Translations under genes and position numbers: made by a program
Notes under the pieces: model-generated
Told to the model about the DNA's origin: nothing
The model's input: the letters and a program-made list of their open reading frames with translations, nothing else
Database searches by the model: none
Source of the DNA: a bacterium
GTDB lineage: Bacteria > UBA8248
Direction of reading: 5' to 3'
Length of the DNA: 64,000 nt
NCBI GenBank assembly: GCA_965202625.1
Contig: CBDBBI010000010.1
Coordinates: 2,112,001-2,176,000 of the forward strand
In this document: positions 9,853 through 20,644 of the stretch, in pieces
Numbering within the stretch: position 1 is the first letter of the stretch
Layout: the number at the start of each line of letters is the position of its first letter

Positions 9853-11037
9853 TTACCTTTCTGGCCCGCACATGGGAAGCGCGAACAGGGCGAATTCGCC
9901 GAGCGCGAGCTCGATTTCCTCACGAACCCAGGCGTCTTTTTCGATCTCGAGTCCACCCTCAAGAGCGAGGCGCGCGCGCCCATCCCGCACCCGCTTGCCG
10001 ATGCGGCCCAGTGCCCACGCGGCATGGCCTCGGACGAGAGGTTCTCGATGCCCAAGCGCTTTGCCGAGGGGCGCGATGCTTTCGGATCCTCCCGAGTTTC
10101 CGATAGCGACGATGACGTTTCTTAAGAAGCCTCCGTATCGCGCGCGCATGATGGGTGTGCCGCGAAACGCTTTTTGGAATTGCGCCTCATCCATCTCCAG
10201 AAAGCGACGCAACTGGGGGTTGCGCGCCGCCGCCCGAGGGGCGAACCTTGGCTCGCTCGCACGCGGGGCGTCTTCGTTCCAGGGGCAGACCTCCTGGCAG
10301 ATATCACACCCGAAGATGTGCGCGCCCATGGGGGCGCGAAGCGCTCTGGGAATTGGGCCTCTAAGTTCAATGGTGAGATAGGAGATGCAGCGCCTCGCGT
10401 CTACCACGCCGGGCGCAACAATGGCGTCCGTCGGACATTTCTCGATGCACCGAACGCATGTGCCACAATGATCCTCGGCGAAGGGCGCGTCCACCGCCAG
10501 CGCTTTGTTCAGGAGCAGTGCGCCTAAGAAAAAATAGCTGCCCAGCTGACGCGAGAGCAGCAGAGAGTTTTTCCCCTTCCAGCCCAGACCCGCCATGACG
10601 GCCAGATCGCGTTCGAGTAACGGGCCGGTGTCCACGTAGCTTCTGCCCTCTATGCTTGGATCGATCTCTCTCAAATCGCGCAAAACGCGAATCAACCTCT
10701 TTTTCATGAACTTGTGATAATCCCCGCCATGGGCGTAGCGTGCGATTCTTCCCCGCCCGCGCGCATGGGGGGTCTCCTGTTCGGGCCTGTAGCGCATGGC
10801 GACGACGAGCACCGCGCGCGTACCCGACCAAAGGCGGCGCAAGTCGCCGCGCACGTAAGGATTTCTGCGCAGATAGCTCATCTCGCCCGCGTAGCCTTTT
10901 TCGAGCCACGCGAGGTATCGCTCGTGGGCTTGACCCAAGTGGGGCGGCGCGATGGCGGCAAGGTCGAAGCCGTGTGCCAGGGCGTGTTGTTTTGCAGCCC
11001 TCGTGAGATCGGGAGTCGTGATTCGGAGCGGTTTCAT
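9853..11037 (-). CDS. queG: tRNA epoxyqueuosine(34) reductase
   Basis: ARYA.GGDYH, VDTGPLLER, CGTCVRCIEKCPT, CISYLTIE, GCDICQEVCPWN and a HEAT-like C-terminus. Start taken at MKPLRIT. Confidence 0.95.
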   Translation of the reverse strand: MKPLRITTPDLTRAAKQHALAHGFDLAAIAPPHLGQAHERYLAWLEKGYAGEMSYLRRNPYVRGDLRRLWSGTRAVLVVAMRYRPEQETPHARGRGRIARYAHGGDYHKFMKKRLIRVLRDLREIDPSIEGRSYVDTGPLLERDLAVMAGLGWKGKNSLLLSRQLGSYFFLGALLLNKALAVDAPFAEDHCGTCVRCIEKCPTDAIVAPGVVDARRCISYLTIELRGPIPRALRAPMGAHIFGCDICQEVCPWNEDAPRASEPRFAPRAAARNPQLRRFLEMDEAQFQKAFRGTPIMRARYGGFLRNVIVAIGNSGGSESIAPLGKALGHREPLVRGHAAWALGRIGKRVRDGRARLALEGGLEIEKDAWVREEIELALGEFALFALPMCGPER

Positions 11038-11268
11038 GAGCCTCTCCCCGCGCGGGGAGATGGATGATGCGGATTGAAGTGGGCACCCATCATGTCTTAT
11101 ATCTTTTCCGTGAGAGGGGAGTTGCGCCGGCGAATCAACAATCTTGGATGGCGGACGGTTTGATGTCAACAATTGTTTGAGAGGTAGTTTTGGATTACCC
11201 ATGTGGGAGATTTGATGCTATTTAATGGGACGTTTTGATGGGGATATTTCATCGCTCGGGAAAAGGGA

Positions 11269-12027
11269 ATGTCGTTAGTGCGCAAGGGAAGACTATTATG
11301 GGCGGCGTCACTCTGCTTGCTCGTGGCGGGGCTGCTCCTCTACCTTTTTTGGGGCGAGATAGGCGACGCTTGGGCGCATCTGGCGAACCTCCACCACAAA
11401 AAAGAGAAATTCAGGGATTGGATGTATTCGTTCGGTCCCTGGGGTCCAGTGGTGTTCGTCGGAGTGCAGGCGTTCCAGGTGGTTTTCTCCCCCATACCGG
11501 GGGAGTTGACGGGTTTTTTGGGCGGTTACTTTTATGGAGCGTTCCTGGCGACGATCTTTAGCACCATCGGTTTGACGCTGGGGAGTTTCGTCGCGTTTTA
11601 TCTCGGGCGGAGGCTGGGGCGTCCTTTCGTGGAAAAGCTCATGCCGCCGAAAATTTTGGAGAAATTCGATTTCCTCGTCACGAACAGGGGCGCTTTCCTT
11701 GCATTCATCTTCTTCTCGATCCCCGGTTTTCCCAAAGACTACATGTGCTACCTGCTGGGTTTGAGTCCGCTGGGAACCTCCTCGTTTTTGCTGGTCGCTT
11801 TTTTTGGCAGAATCCCGGGCACCATCATGCTGGGACTGCAAGGCGCCGGGCTTTATGAGGAGCAATATGGGATGGTGGGCGCTCTTCTGGTGATCGTGGT
11901 AATCGTCGCGGCGGCGGCGGTCTACTTTCAGGAGCCCTTGCGTCTTTGGTTCAGGGACAAGGTCCAGGATAGGAAGCTAGCCCACGCCCAGATACAAAAG
12001 AAGCAAGGGCGTGGTGATGAGGCTTAA
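11269..12027 (+). CDS. TVP38/TMEM64 (DedA/VTT) membrane protein
   Basis: QVVFSPIPGE, IPGFPKDYMCY, GRIPG motifs. Confidence 0.9.
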   Translation: MSLVRKGRLLWAASLCLLVAGLLLYLFWGEIGDAWAHLANLHHKKEKFRDWMYSFGPWGPVVFVGVQAFQVVFSPIPGELTGFLGGYFYGAFLATIFSTIGLTLGSFVAFYLGRRLGRPFVEKLMPPKILEKFDFLVTNRGAFLAFIFFSIPGFPKDYMCYLLGLSPLGTSSFLLVAFFGRIPGTIMLGLQGAGLYEEQYGMVGALLVIVVIVAAAAVYFQEPLRLWFRDKVQDRKLAHAQIQKKQGRGDEA

Positions 12028-12861
12028 CGCCGTGCCCGTGAATACGATGGAGGCGGCAAGGGAGCCTTCCTTCCCGTAACGCTCGGCGAACACGTAGTTC
12101 AGCACGGCGGGTGGGCTGCACGACATGAGGAAGAGCGCCGCCCGGAACGCGCCGGTGAGCGCGAAGACCTCGCAGAGTGTCCAAGCCACGAGAAATCCAA
12201 GTCCGAACCTGAGCGTCGCTACCAAGACGCTGATCCTAAAATCAGATGCCCTGATGGCGCGGAGCCGGTAGCCCAGCGAAAATAGTTCCACCGAAAACAT
12301 GCCGCTCCCCGTGAGGTGCGTGAAGCGCGTGATGAATCTAGGTACCGGAAGCGCTGCAACCGCCACGATGATGCCCGCTATTGCGGCGTAGAGAGCGGGC
12401 ATCTTGAGCGGTTCTCTGATGCTGGCGCCGCCGCCGTGGGCCATGATTCCCAACGAGAAAGTGATGAATATGTTCGGAATGGAGAGAAGCACCATGTGGC
12501 CCAGGCCCTCTTCGCCAAAGGCCAGAAGCGCGAGGGGGTAGGGTAGCGAAATGGCGTTCATGATCATTACGCTGGGTACAAAGGCGCGTTGCGTCATGCC
12601 TGCTGCGCGCTTGATGACGTAGGCGACCGCGCCTGGGATGATTTGAATCAGACAGGAGAAAACGCTCGCCCGTATCAGCTCCTCCCAGAGAATCTGTTGC
12701 CGCGCCAAGGCGTCGAACATCACGGCGGGCGCGAGCAGGAACAGGACGAGCTCGGCCAGCGCCTTGGGGTCGAGCGTCTTCCATCGCCCGTAGAAGAAGC
12801 CGATGCCGATCAGTGCCATGATTGGAAAAACGATGTTCAAAAGCGGCGGAATGGCGGACAT
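11977..12861 (-). CDS. AEC (auxin efflux carrier) family transporter
   Basis: About 10 TM segments, PPAVLNYVFAERY, TALSLITTPL. Overlaps the convergent gene by 51 bp. Confidence 0.88.
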   Translation of the reverse strand: MSAIPPLLNIVFPIMALIGIGFFYGRWKTLDPKALAELVLFLLAPAVMFDALARQQILWEELIRASVFSCLIQIIPGAVAYVIKRAAGMTQRAFVPSVMIMNAISLPYPLALLAFGEEGLGHMVLLSIPNIFITFSLGIMAHGGGASIREPLKMPALYAAIAGIIVAVAALPVPRFITRFTHLTGSGMFSVELFSLGYRLRAIRASDFRISVLVATLRFGLGFLVAWTLCEVFALTGAFRAALFLMSCSPPAVLNYVFAERYGKEGSLAASIVFTGTALSLITTPLLLLYLGVG

Positions 12862-13105
12862 ACGCTTCTTCTTGAGAGTCCCTTTTGAGCCGGAAAGGAG
12901 GCTGAGTATACAGACTCTTCCCTTGTATTTCCACCCGTTCGTGCGTCTTGCTGGGAGGTTCTCCTTGCGCCGAGGTTCCTCGGGTCAGAGAGAAAAACGA
13001 CCAGGCAGGGTGGGAATTTGCGCGCGGCCGAAGGCACAGGGTAGCCTGCGGGTGCGTTCTCGTTCGTTTCTTGTGCGGTTTTCGTTTTGGGAGGGGTTTT
13101 GAGAA

Positions 13106-13543
13106 ATGCCAACGGTCGATCATATTGGCTACGCCGTCAGCAATCTGGATGAGAAAAAGAGCGTGATGGAGGACTTGCTGGGCTGTCGGTTTTTGGAGAG
13201 AAAGGTCTATGAGCGTCCCGGCAACACCGCCAGGCTCGACTTCTATGAGGCGAACGGCGCGGTAATGGAGCTCGTGGAGATGAGCAGCCCCGAGGCCCCG
13301 CTCAACCAATTCATCGCCGCGCGAGGTGAGGGGCTGCACCATGTTTGTTTCGTCGTCGATGACTTAAGGGCCACAATGGCCGAATGGGAGGGCAAGGGAG
13401 TCGAATTCACGCTCCCGCCCACTTATGGCTCGCGCGGCGGCGTCATCACCTTCACGGACGCCACCACCACTGGTGGCTTCGCGATAGAACTGGTGCAGCA
13501 CCTTCCGAAAGATGCGGAAATTCCTGATTGGGCGCAAACGTAG
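13106..13543 (+). CDS. VOC family protein, methylmalonyl-CoA epimerase-like
   Basis: DHIGYAV, RGEGLHHVCFVVDD, IELVQ. Confidence 0.85.
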   Translation: MPTVDHIGYAVSNLDEKKSVMEDLLGCRFLERKVYERPGNTARLDFYEANGAVMELVEMSSPEAPLNQFIAARGEGLHHVCFVVDDLRATMAEWEGKGVEFTLPPTYGSRGGVITFTDATTTGGFAIELVQHLPKDAEIPDWAQT

Positions 13544-13558
13544 GGGATTCGTACCCCT
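13542..13558. terminator. short hairpin between convergent genes
   Basis: AGGGG-ATTCGTA-CCCCT; weak T-tract. Confidence 0.35.
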
Positions 13559-13576
13559 CGTTTCGTATGGGAGATG

Positions 13577-14596
13577 TTAACTCTCAAGACGTTGTTTTGG
13601 CGTATAGTCCTTGAAAAACGAGACGATTTGGTTCAGGGACGCAGGGATGTCCACGTCCCACTGGCGGTTTGAACCGCCGCCCGTGTGGGGCGTCAGCACG
13701 ACGTTGGGCAGGCGGATGAGCGGGTTGTCCTCAGGCAGGGGCTCATGGCGGTAGACGTCGAGCCCCGCCATAGTGATATCGCCTTTTTGGAGGGCGGCGG
13801 CGAGTGCCTCCTCGTCGATCAGCGCGCCTCTGCCCACGTTGATGACGACCGCCGTGTTTCTCATGCGCGCGAGCTGCTCCGCGCCGATCATCCCCTCGCT
13901 CTCCGCGGTGTGTGGCAGGACGAGAACGAGGTAAGAGACCCGGGCGATGAGTTCATCGAAGGAGAGGTAGCTGGCCTGGTATTGGACCTCGACCTTGGGC
14001 GGGTGTCTTGTGCGCTGGTAGTAGAAGATTCTCATGCCGAAGGCCAGGCACCGCTTGGCGATCTCCATGCCGATGTCGCCCATGCCGATGACGCCGACGC
14101 TTTCGCCGAACAGCTCTCCGACCCCGTCGATTTTTGCCCAGTTGGGCCTGAAGTTCCACTGGCTGGTCTCAATCGGCTCTACTCCTATCTCCCGATAGAC
14201 GGCGGATTGGACCGCGCGGTGGCCTGAAATCGCCTTGCGCGCGCAGCAGAGCATGAGGGTGAGAGCTTGTTCGGCCACCGTGGCGTTTCTCATCAACGAC
14301 TGCGTGCCGACCGGAATCCCCCGCGCGTCGGCCGCCTCCATGTCGATGTTCTTTCGGTTCAGCCCGTGCTTCTGGATAAATTTGAGGTTCTCGGCCGCCT
14401 GGATGAGGGAGGCGGGAAGCGCCGCCTTGTAGCAGAGGATAGCGTCGGCTTGGGGTGCGAGAGCAACCAGGGCGTCTTCCTCTCCGGATCCAGGTGCTAT
14501 GATCTCGAAAGGGGCGGCCGCAGGAGACGCCTTCACTCTTTCAAGAAAACGGCCGGAAGCCCCGTCTGGGACGAGAAGGTGGATTTTATCGCGCAT
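13577..14596 (-). CDS. D-isomer-specific 2-hydroxyacid dehydrogenase
   Basis: GVIGMGDIG, INVGRG, GLDVY..EP, TPHTGG. Confidence 0.93.
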   Translation of the reverse strand: MRDKIHLLVPDGASGRFLERVKASPAAAPFEIIAPGSGEEDALVALAPQADAILCYKAALPASLIQAAENLKFIQKHGLNRKNIDMEAADARGIPVGTQSLMRNATVAEQALTLMLCCARKAISGHRAVQSAVYREIGVEPIETSQWNFRPNWAKIDGVGELFGESVGVIGMGDIGMEIAKRCLAFGMRIFYYQRTRHPPKVEVQYQASYLSFDELIARVSYLVLVLPHTAESEGMIGAEQLARMRNTAVVINVGRGALIDEEALAAALQKGDITMAGLDVYRHEPLPEDNPLIRLPNVVLTPHTGGGSNRQWDVDIPASLNQIVSFFKDYTPKQRLES

Positions 14597-14849
14597 TCTT
14601 TTCTCCTCGTGCGCAAATGAGACGAAGGACGACGGAACCCTCCCTTATCATAATCTGCGCTTGAGCGCGACCGAGGCGACGGGCGCGCGTTTTCCCCCGG
14701 TCGTTGGACTGGCAACGCATTCAAAGGGAGATATTTATAGGATATTCCATTATAATCTCTCATATTGTCCGATGAATTGACGCGGTACTCTCCGCATTCC
14801 CGACGTGGGAGGAGGAGCGGAAGGGGGTTTTTGAAGCCATAGAGGAGAG

Positions 14850-15335
14850 GTGGATATGTGGTTTGGGAAGTGGGTGAGCGCGGGTGTTTGTGCGATGGCT
14901 GTCGTGTTTTTTTCTCTCACGTCGTTCTCCGCCGACGAAGATGAGCAGGCGTTGCGTGGCGTTCAGAGGGTGCGCGTGCGCACGATGAAGAGCATCAGCC
15001 GCTCAATGCGCCGCATCAGGGCGTATGCCAAGAAAGGAAATTACGAGCGCGTGGCGCGGGCGGCGGAGGAAGTGGCGTTGCTCACTGCGGCGATTCCGCA
15101 CTTAAGCCCCGAGGGCAGCAATTTTGAGAAGACGCGGATGAAGGCGAGCGTATGGAGCCAGTTTGATGATTACAAAAGAATCGCCGGGCTTTCGGCTCAA
15201 ACTGCCAGAGAGCTTGCGAAAGCGGCGGTGGCGGAGGATCGAAGCGGCGTGATGCGCGCGTTCACCGTTTTGTCGAATAGTTGCGGCCAGTGCCACAAGC
15301 CGTATCGAAAGAAAAAAGAAGGGAAAAGAAAATAG
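14850..15335 (+). CDS. cytochrome c' (class II c-type cytochrome)
   Basis: Signal peptide, helical body and a C-terminal CGQCH heme motif. Confidence 0.85.
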   Translation: MDMWFGKWVSAGVCAMAVVFFSLTSFSADEDEQALRGVQRVRVRTMKSISRSMRRIRAYAKKGNYERVARAAEEVALLTAAIPHLSPEGSNFEKTRMKASVWSQFDDYKRIAGLSAQTARELAKAAVAEDRSGVMRAFTVLSNSCGQCHKPYRKKKEGKRK

Positions 15336-15352
15336 GCCTCATCCCTATCCCT

Positions 15353-15616
15353 ATGGGATTTTTTCCCGTGAGCCCGCCTGTGGCGCAACCTGCTTTCAGG
15401 TTGCTGCTGGGTTTGCTGGAGGGTGGAAACGCGTGGGTAAAGCTGAGCGGCGCAGATTGCATTTCGCGGCATGGAGCTCCCTGCCTCGACGCCGAAACGG
15501 AGCGGGCGGTATGGGAAACGGATTGCCCGCATACGAACGTGAAGCCCAAAATTCCCAACGACGGCGATTGGGCGGACCTCCTCAGTGGAGAACCCCTCCC
15601 TCTTGTATGGGTTTGA
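15353..15616 (+). pseudogene. C-terminal remnant of an amidohydrolase_2 (LigI-like lactonase)
   Basis: WVKLSG, ERAVWETDCPHTN (family form ER.VWGTDWPHPN) and PNDGD..DLL. The N-terminal two-thirds is absent. Confidence 0.7.
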
Positions 15617-15647
15617 CCAGTGAGGCCCCGTGGAGGCTAGGCGTCCC

Positions 15648-17102
15648 TCATGGTGCGTCTTTGAGTTTTTCCTTGAGTATTTCTTGCAAGGCTTTGGGGT
15701 TGGCCTTCCCCTGCGTCGCCCCCATCGCCTGGCCCACAAAAAAGCCCATCAGTTTCGTTTTTCCGCCCCGGTAGGCTTCCGCTTCCTCTGGGTTTGAAGC
15801 GAGCACCTCTTCTACGACGGCCTCGATCGCGCGCGCGTCCGTGATTTGCTTTAATCCCCTCTCCTCTACGATGGTCTCCGGGTCTTTTCCGTTCTCCGCC
15901 ATGGCATCGAATACGGTTTTTGCGGTTTTCCCACTGATGACGTCCTCGGCGAGGAGCGCGATCATTCTGGCCAGTCGCTCAGGAGGTATGGGACATTTGT
16001 CGATCGTTATCTTCTGTTCGTTCAAAAGACGGGAAACGTCGCCCATCACCCAGTTGCTCGCCGTTTTGGCCCGTTCTTCTCCAGCAGTCCGCACGACCTC
16101 GTCGAAATAGTCCGCCAGTTCTTTTTCCGCCGAGAGAAATTCCGCGTCGTATTGGGGAAGGCCAAGCGCATCCTGAAAACGCCTGCTTTTCGCGTCAGGC
16201 AGTTCCGGCAGTTGCGCGCGAACCTCATCAAGCCATTTCGCGTCCACTTCAAGGGGCACCAGATCGGGGTCTGGAAAGTAGCGGTAATCGTGGGCGTATT
16301 CTTTTGACCTCATCCCCCGCGTCACGCCGGCGGATTCATCCCATAGCCTGGTCTCTTGATGAATGACGCCGCCAGAATCCAGAATTTCCCGCTGGCGTTT
16401 TTCCTCGTATTCGAGTGCGCGTCTGAGATTCCGGAAAGAATTCATGTTCTTGATTTCCACCTTCGCGCCGAATTCCTCTGCCCCTCGCACTCTCAGAGAT
16501 ATGTTCGCGTCGCACCGCAAGCTGCCCTCCTGCATGTTGCCGTCGGATATTCCGAGATAGCGCACCAGGGTTCTGATCTTTCTCATGTAGGATTCCGCGT
16601 CTTCGGTGTTTCGGATGTCTGGTTCGGAGACGATTTCAAGCAATGGCACGCCGGCGCGGTTGAGGTCTGAAAAAGAATGGTTGGCGTCTCCTAACTCCTC
16701 TCCATGAATGAGCTTGCCCGCGTCTTCTTCCATGTGAATTCTGGTGAGGCGGACAGTCGCGTCTCGCCCATCCTTGGTTGTAAAATGAACGCGTCCCCCT
16801 ATGCAGATGGGTTCCTCGTATTGGCTGATCTGGTATCCCTTCGGAAGGTCTGGATAGAAGTAATGCTTTCGGGAGAAACGGCAAATCGGCGCGACCTCCG
16901 CCCCGACGGCCAGCCCAAGCCTGAGCGTGTATTCTACGACGCTTCGATTTAAAACCGGCAACACGCCAGGAAGCCCGAGATCCACCGTGCAGGTATGCGC
17001 ATTCGGCTCTCCTCCGAACGCGGAGCTCGAACCGCAAAAAATTTTGCTTTTGGTGCTTAGCTGGGCATGGACTTCGAGACCGATAACCGTTTCGTATGTC
17101 AT
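15648..17102 (-). CDS. gatB: Asp-tRNA(Asn)/Glu-tRNA(Gln) amidotransferase subunit B
   Basis: IGLEVHAQL, YFYPDLPKGYQISQ, IHMEEDAGK, DYRYFPDPDL. Confidence 0.98.
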   Translation of the reverse strand: MTYETVIGLEVHAQLSTKSKIFCGSSSAFGGEPNAHTCTVDLGLPGVLPVLNRSVVEYTLRLGLAVGAEVAPICRFSRKHYFYPDLPKGYQISQYEEPICIGGRVHFTTKDGRDATVRLTRIHMEEDAGKLIHGEELGDANHSFSDLNRAGVPLLEIVSEPDIRNTEDAESYMRKIRTLVRYLGISDGNMQEGSLRCDANISLRVRGAEEFGAKVEIKNMNSFRNLRRALEYEEKRQREILDSGGVIHQETRLWDESAGVTRGMRSKEYAHDYRYFPDPDLVPLEVDAKWLDEVRAQLPELPDAKSRRFQDALGLPQYDAEFLSAEKELADYFDEVVRTAGEERAKTASNWVMGDVSRLLNEQKITIDKCPIPPERLARMIALLAEDVISGKTAKTVFDAMAENGKDPETIVEERGLKQITDARAIEAVVEEVLASNPEEAEAYRGGKTKLMGFFVGQAMGATQGKANPKALQEILKEKLKDAP

Positions 17103-17257
17103 CACGTTCTCCCATCGAAACCCTTCGCCCCAACCCCGTCGCCGGACGTCATAAAGGCGGCGGTGCGTCGAGAAGACGAGTGAATCTTGCCCCTGCGCCT
17201 CGTCTCGCGGCGGAGCAGCGAGGCCATCCGAAATCCGTCATTGTCAAGGGACGCGCG

Positions 17258-18730
17258 TCAGAGCGGCGGAAGAGCTTCATGGTGCGTCGTCGCTCTTTCA
17301 AATGCCGCCGCCGCTTGAAAAATCGTTTCCTCGCCAAATGGCTTTCCCACCAGTTGAAGCCCGATGGGCAAGCCCGTCGAAGTCAATCCGCAAGGTTGGC
17401 TGATGCCGGGAAGACCGGCCAGATTGCAGGGGATGGTCAAGATGTCGGAGAGGTACATGCTGATGGGGTCGTCAAGGCGCTCCCCGATGCGAAAGGCGGG
17501 GGTGGGCGCCGTGGCGGACAGGATGAGGTCGACGTTCTCGAACGCGGCGCTGAAGTCCTGGCGAATGAGCGTTCTGACCTTTTGCGCTTTTGCGTAATAT
17601 GCGTCGTAGTATCCGGAGGAAAGCGCGTAGGTGCCCAGCATGATGCGGCGCTTCACCTCTTCGCCGAAGCCGTTTTCTCGACTGGCCGCATACATGCCGA
17701 ACAAGGGGCCGTATTCTGAGTCCCCCTCCTTGCGCGCGCCGAAGCGCACGGCGTCGTAGCGTGCGAGATTGCTGCTCGCCTCAGCGGGGGCGAGAATGTA
17801 ATACACGGGCAGTGCGTATTCGGTATGGGGGAGGGAGACGTCGAGAATTTCGGCGCCTTGATTCCCAAAGACGGCGATCGCCTCTCGCACTGCCGCCTCC
17901 ACGTCGGGGTCCATGCCCTTGATGAAGTATTCTTTCGGAATGCCGATTTTCAGGCCTCTCACCCCCTCCTCCAGGTTTTTCGCGTAATCGGGCACCGGTT
18001 CGTTCGCCGAGGTGGAATCGCGCGGATCGTCGCCGCTGACGGCGCCCAGCAAGATGGCCGCGTCGCGTACGTTTTTCGCAAAAGGACCGATTTGATCCAG
18101 AGAACTGGCGAAGGCGATGAGTCCGTAGCGCGAGACGCGCCCGTAGGTGGGCTTCATTCCCACGACGCCGCAGCATGCCGCCGGCTGGCGTATGGAGCCC
18201 CCCGTGTCCGATCCGAGAGAGACGGCGCAGGATCGCGCCGCAACCGCGGCGGCGGAACCACCGCTGCTGCCTCCCGGAGCGGTTTCCAGGTTCCATGGAT
18301 TATGGGTCGGGCCAAACGCGCTTTGCTCGCATGAGGAGCCCATGGCGAATTCATCCATGTTCAATTTACCGAGTATCACCGCGCCCGCCTTTTTCAATCG
18401 CGCCATGGCGGTGGCGTCGTAGGGGGCCTCGAAGTTCTCCAGAAACCGGGAGCCGCAAGTGGTCTTCGTCCCCTTCATGCAAAGGAGGTCTTTCACGGCT
18501 ACGGGGACGCCCAGAAGAGGAGAGTCGTGCTTTCCCGCCTCCATTTTGCTGTCGGCGCGGCGCGCGGCCCGTATCGCTTCGTCCTCAAGAACGCTCAGGT
18601 AAGCGTTCACTCTCCCTTCGGTTTCCGCAATGCGCTCAAGATACGCCCTGGCCAGTTCCTCCGCGCTGAACGCCTTGGTTCTGAGGCCTTCTCCGATTTG
18701 GGCGACGTCGAGAAAAAGCAGATCGTTCAT
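17258..18730 (-). CDS. gatA: Asp-tRNA(Asn)/Glu-tRNA(Gln) amidotransferase subunit A
   Basis: [43 protein letters not shown]. Confidence 0.98.
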   Translation of the reverse strand: MNDLLFLDVAQIGEGLRTKAFSAEELARAYLERIAETEGRVNAYLSVLEDEAIRAARRADSKMEAGKHDSPLLGVPVAVKDLLCMKGTKTTCGSRFLENFEAPYDATAMARLKKAGAVILGKLNMDEFAMGSSCEQSAFGPTHNPWNLETAPGGSSGGSAAAVAARSCAVSLGSDTGGSIRQPAACCGVVGMKPTYGRVSRYGLIAFASSLDQIGPFAKNVRDAAILLGAVSGDDPRDSTSANEPVPDYAKNLEEGVRGLKIGIPKEYFIKGMDPDVEAAVREAIAVFGNQGAEILDVSLPHTEYALPVYYILAPAEASSNLARYDAVRFGARKEGDSEYGPLFGMYAASRENGFGEEVKRRIMLGTYALSSGYYDAYYAKAQKVRTLIRQDFSAAFENVDLILSATAPTPAFRIGERLDDPISMYLSDILTIPCNLAGLPGISQPCGLTSTGLPIGLQLVGKPFGEETIFQAAAAFERATTHHEALPPL

Positions 18731-18801
18731 GCGTGTTCCTTTGTGGACGTGTCGGCTGCGGCCAGCCCCGGCTCCCAGGGAAGCGTCAATAGCGCGCGCC
18801 G

Positions 18802-19557
18802 TCAACCCCGGCGCCTAAGCAAAAAGGTGGCGTAGTTGAGAGCCTGTTTTCCGCCGCCGCTATGATAGAGATCGAGGTCTCGCTGCCATCCGTCCAGCGT
18901 GTCTTGCGCCTCGGGCGAATCCGCGTATTCGCGTCGGTTCTCCAGAATGGAGCGTGCCTGGGGGGCGAGGAAGCTTTCCCATGCGCGCTCCGTTTCATGC
19001 TCTACGAACTCGACGCCGTATTCCTCCTCCACGAGCCAGCCCCAGAACTCCTCCACGTCTATCGGCTCGCAGGGAAGATAATTGTCGAGCCACCTCGTCA
19101 ACCGTTCAGACGAGGCGGCTTCGTCCCCTGATTTCCAGACCAGGCCGGAATAGGCGATCCATCCCTCCGGCTTCACGATGCGCGTCAGCCTCTTCAGTTT
19201 GTCGATGGCGTTGGAAGGGTGGGCTGGTTCGCACAAAAGCGCCAAATCGAAGTAATCCTCGTCAAAGGGGAGTGCGTCGCCTGAGTGGACGAGCAAATCT
19301 ATGAGGTGGCCCATGTCCTCAAGCAGAACGCGACGCTTTCCGTCTTCCACGAACTCGGGCCGATCGCCCAGTCCGATCCCTGCGCATCCGAACGTCCGCG
19401 CGAGGGCGAGCAGGCTCCCCCCTTTGCCGCACGCGGCGTCAACGACCAGAGAGTCCGCCGACAGTCCGGCGCGGCTTCCCACCTTCTCGAGAGTGGAGAT
19501 GGAGATGGGGACGAGGAAGGGATTGTGCTTGAATCGCTCGAACGGGTCGAGTTCCAT
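18802..19557 (-). CDS. class I SAM-dependent methyltransferase
   Basis: VDAACGKG motif I and LPFDEDYFD. Confidence 0.8.
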   Translation of the reverse strand: MELDPFERFKHNPFLVPISISTLEKVGSRAGLSADSLVVDAACGKGGSLLALARTFGCAGIGLGDRPEFVEDGKRRVLLEDMGHLIDLLVHSGDALPFDEDYFDLALLCEPAHPSNAIDKLKRLTRIVKPEGWIAYSGLVWKSGDEAASSERLTRWLDNYLPCEPIDVEEFWGWLVEEEYGVEFVEHETERAWESFLAPQARSILENRREYADSPEAQDTLDGWQRDLDLYHSGGGKQALNYATFLLRRRG

Positions 19558-19578
19558 GAAGCGGTTTTGAAGGCGCGC

Positions 19579-19686
19579 TTAAAAAATCGAGAGGCCGATT
19601 AAGTCGAGCATGAGAATAATTGTGCTCAACCCAAGGATTCCACCGATGATGAGAGCGAACAGCCCGAAAAGTTTTCCGTATACCAT
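19579..19686 (-). CDS. small hydrophobic protein (35 aa), below the ORF-track cutoff
   Basis: MVYGKLFGLFALIIGGILGLSTIILMLDLIGLSIF*. AGGAG RBS at 19696-19700; fills the gap between co-oriented genes. Confidence 0.65.
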   Translation of the reverse strand: MVYGKLFGLFALIIGGILGLSTIILMLDLIGLSIF

Positions 19687-19717
19687 CACGTTTTTCTCCT
19701 GACCATGAGAGGGGCGT

Positions 19718-20644
19718 CTATTTCTTTTTCCCCTTTCTCTTCTTGATGATTCTGGCGGGCTGGGATTTGCTGATCTGCATGAAGACCTTGCCCTCCTTGA
19801 ACACGGTGACGCTTCCCGTTGATTCGCTGATGGCGAACGATATGGCGTCGCTCACCTCCGTTATGCCCGCCGCGGCCATGTGGCGCGAACCCAGGCCGGG
19901 GGGCAGAGCGCTTTCTGACGCCGCGTTCAGGTGCCTGCCGGCGGCTTCGATTATTCCGTTCCCCTGGATGACGAAAGCGCCGTCGATGCTGCTGAATTCC
20001 TTGATGGTCTCGCGAAGGGTCGTGTCCATGATGTTTCTCTGCTCTTCCGGGTATCCATGAAAGGGGTTGATGATGAGCTGGCGTGAATACTGAAGCACCA
20101 GATCGTGGTCTCCCAAAACGAAAAGCGCCCCGCGCGGTTTTCCTTCTCGTCCCTCGGCGCCAATCTCCAGGGCGAGAGACAATACCGTCTCGAAAACCTT
20201 GGGATCCACGCCTTCGACGGCGCTTCGCGTCTCCGAGGTTTGAATCATCTCGTGTTCGCGATCCAGGTGAAAGACCATCAGGGTGTCAATCTCTTCGTTT
20301 TCGGGCAGACCCGAGAGGCACACCACGGTGTCGTCCAGTGCGATGGAACCTTCGCTCAGCGCAATGACGACGCCCATCTTGATGGTGTCGATCCTGTTCA
20401 GGGACAGGGCGGGCAACCGCATCACCCTGCATCCGCGCTTCTCCAGCTCTTCATATATCTCGGGAGAGCAGGTCGTGGCGAAACGCTCCACTCCCATCGG
20501 GAGATCGGATAGGGCGTCAAGCTCCTTCATGGCGTCGGCGTGAATGAAGATCGCCTTGGCGTCCATCTCGTCGCAAATTTGCGCGGCCGCGGCGATGATG
20601 GCTTCGCTGAGTCCGACGCGCCTCTCCTCAAGCGTCTCCATCAT
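19718..20644 (-). CDS. diadenylate cyclase (DisA_N domain, DacZ/CdaZ-like architecture)
   Basis: EGREGKPRGALFV, IDGAFVI, GLGSRHMAAAGIT, ISES; soluble N-terminal domain with no TM segments. Confidence 0.88.
   Translation of the reverse strand: MMETLEERRVGLSEAIIAAAAQICDEMDAKAIFIHADAMKELDALSDLPMGVERFATTCSPEIYEELEKRGCRVMRLPALSLNRIDTIKMGVVIALSEGSIALDDTVVCLSGLPENEEIDTLMVFHLDREHEMIQTSETRSAVEGVDPKVFETVLSLALEIGAEGREGKPRGALFVLGDHDLVLQYSRQLIINPFHGYPEEQRNIMDTTLRETIKEFSSIDGAFVIQGNGIIEAAGRHLNAASESALPPGLGSRHMAAAGITEVSDAISFAISESTGSVTVFKEGKVFMQISKSQPARIIKKRKGKKK

Noticed and set aside
9549-9871. Short ORFs between the hydrolase and queG
   Set aside because: No RBS or motif support; the region looks like AT-rich promoter sequence.
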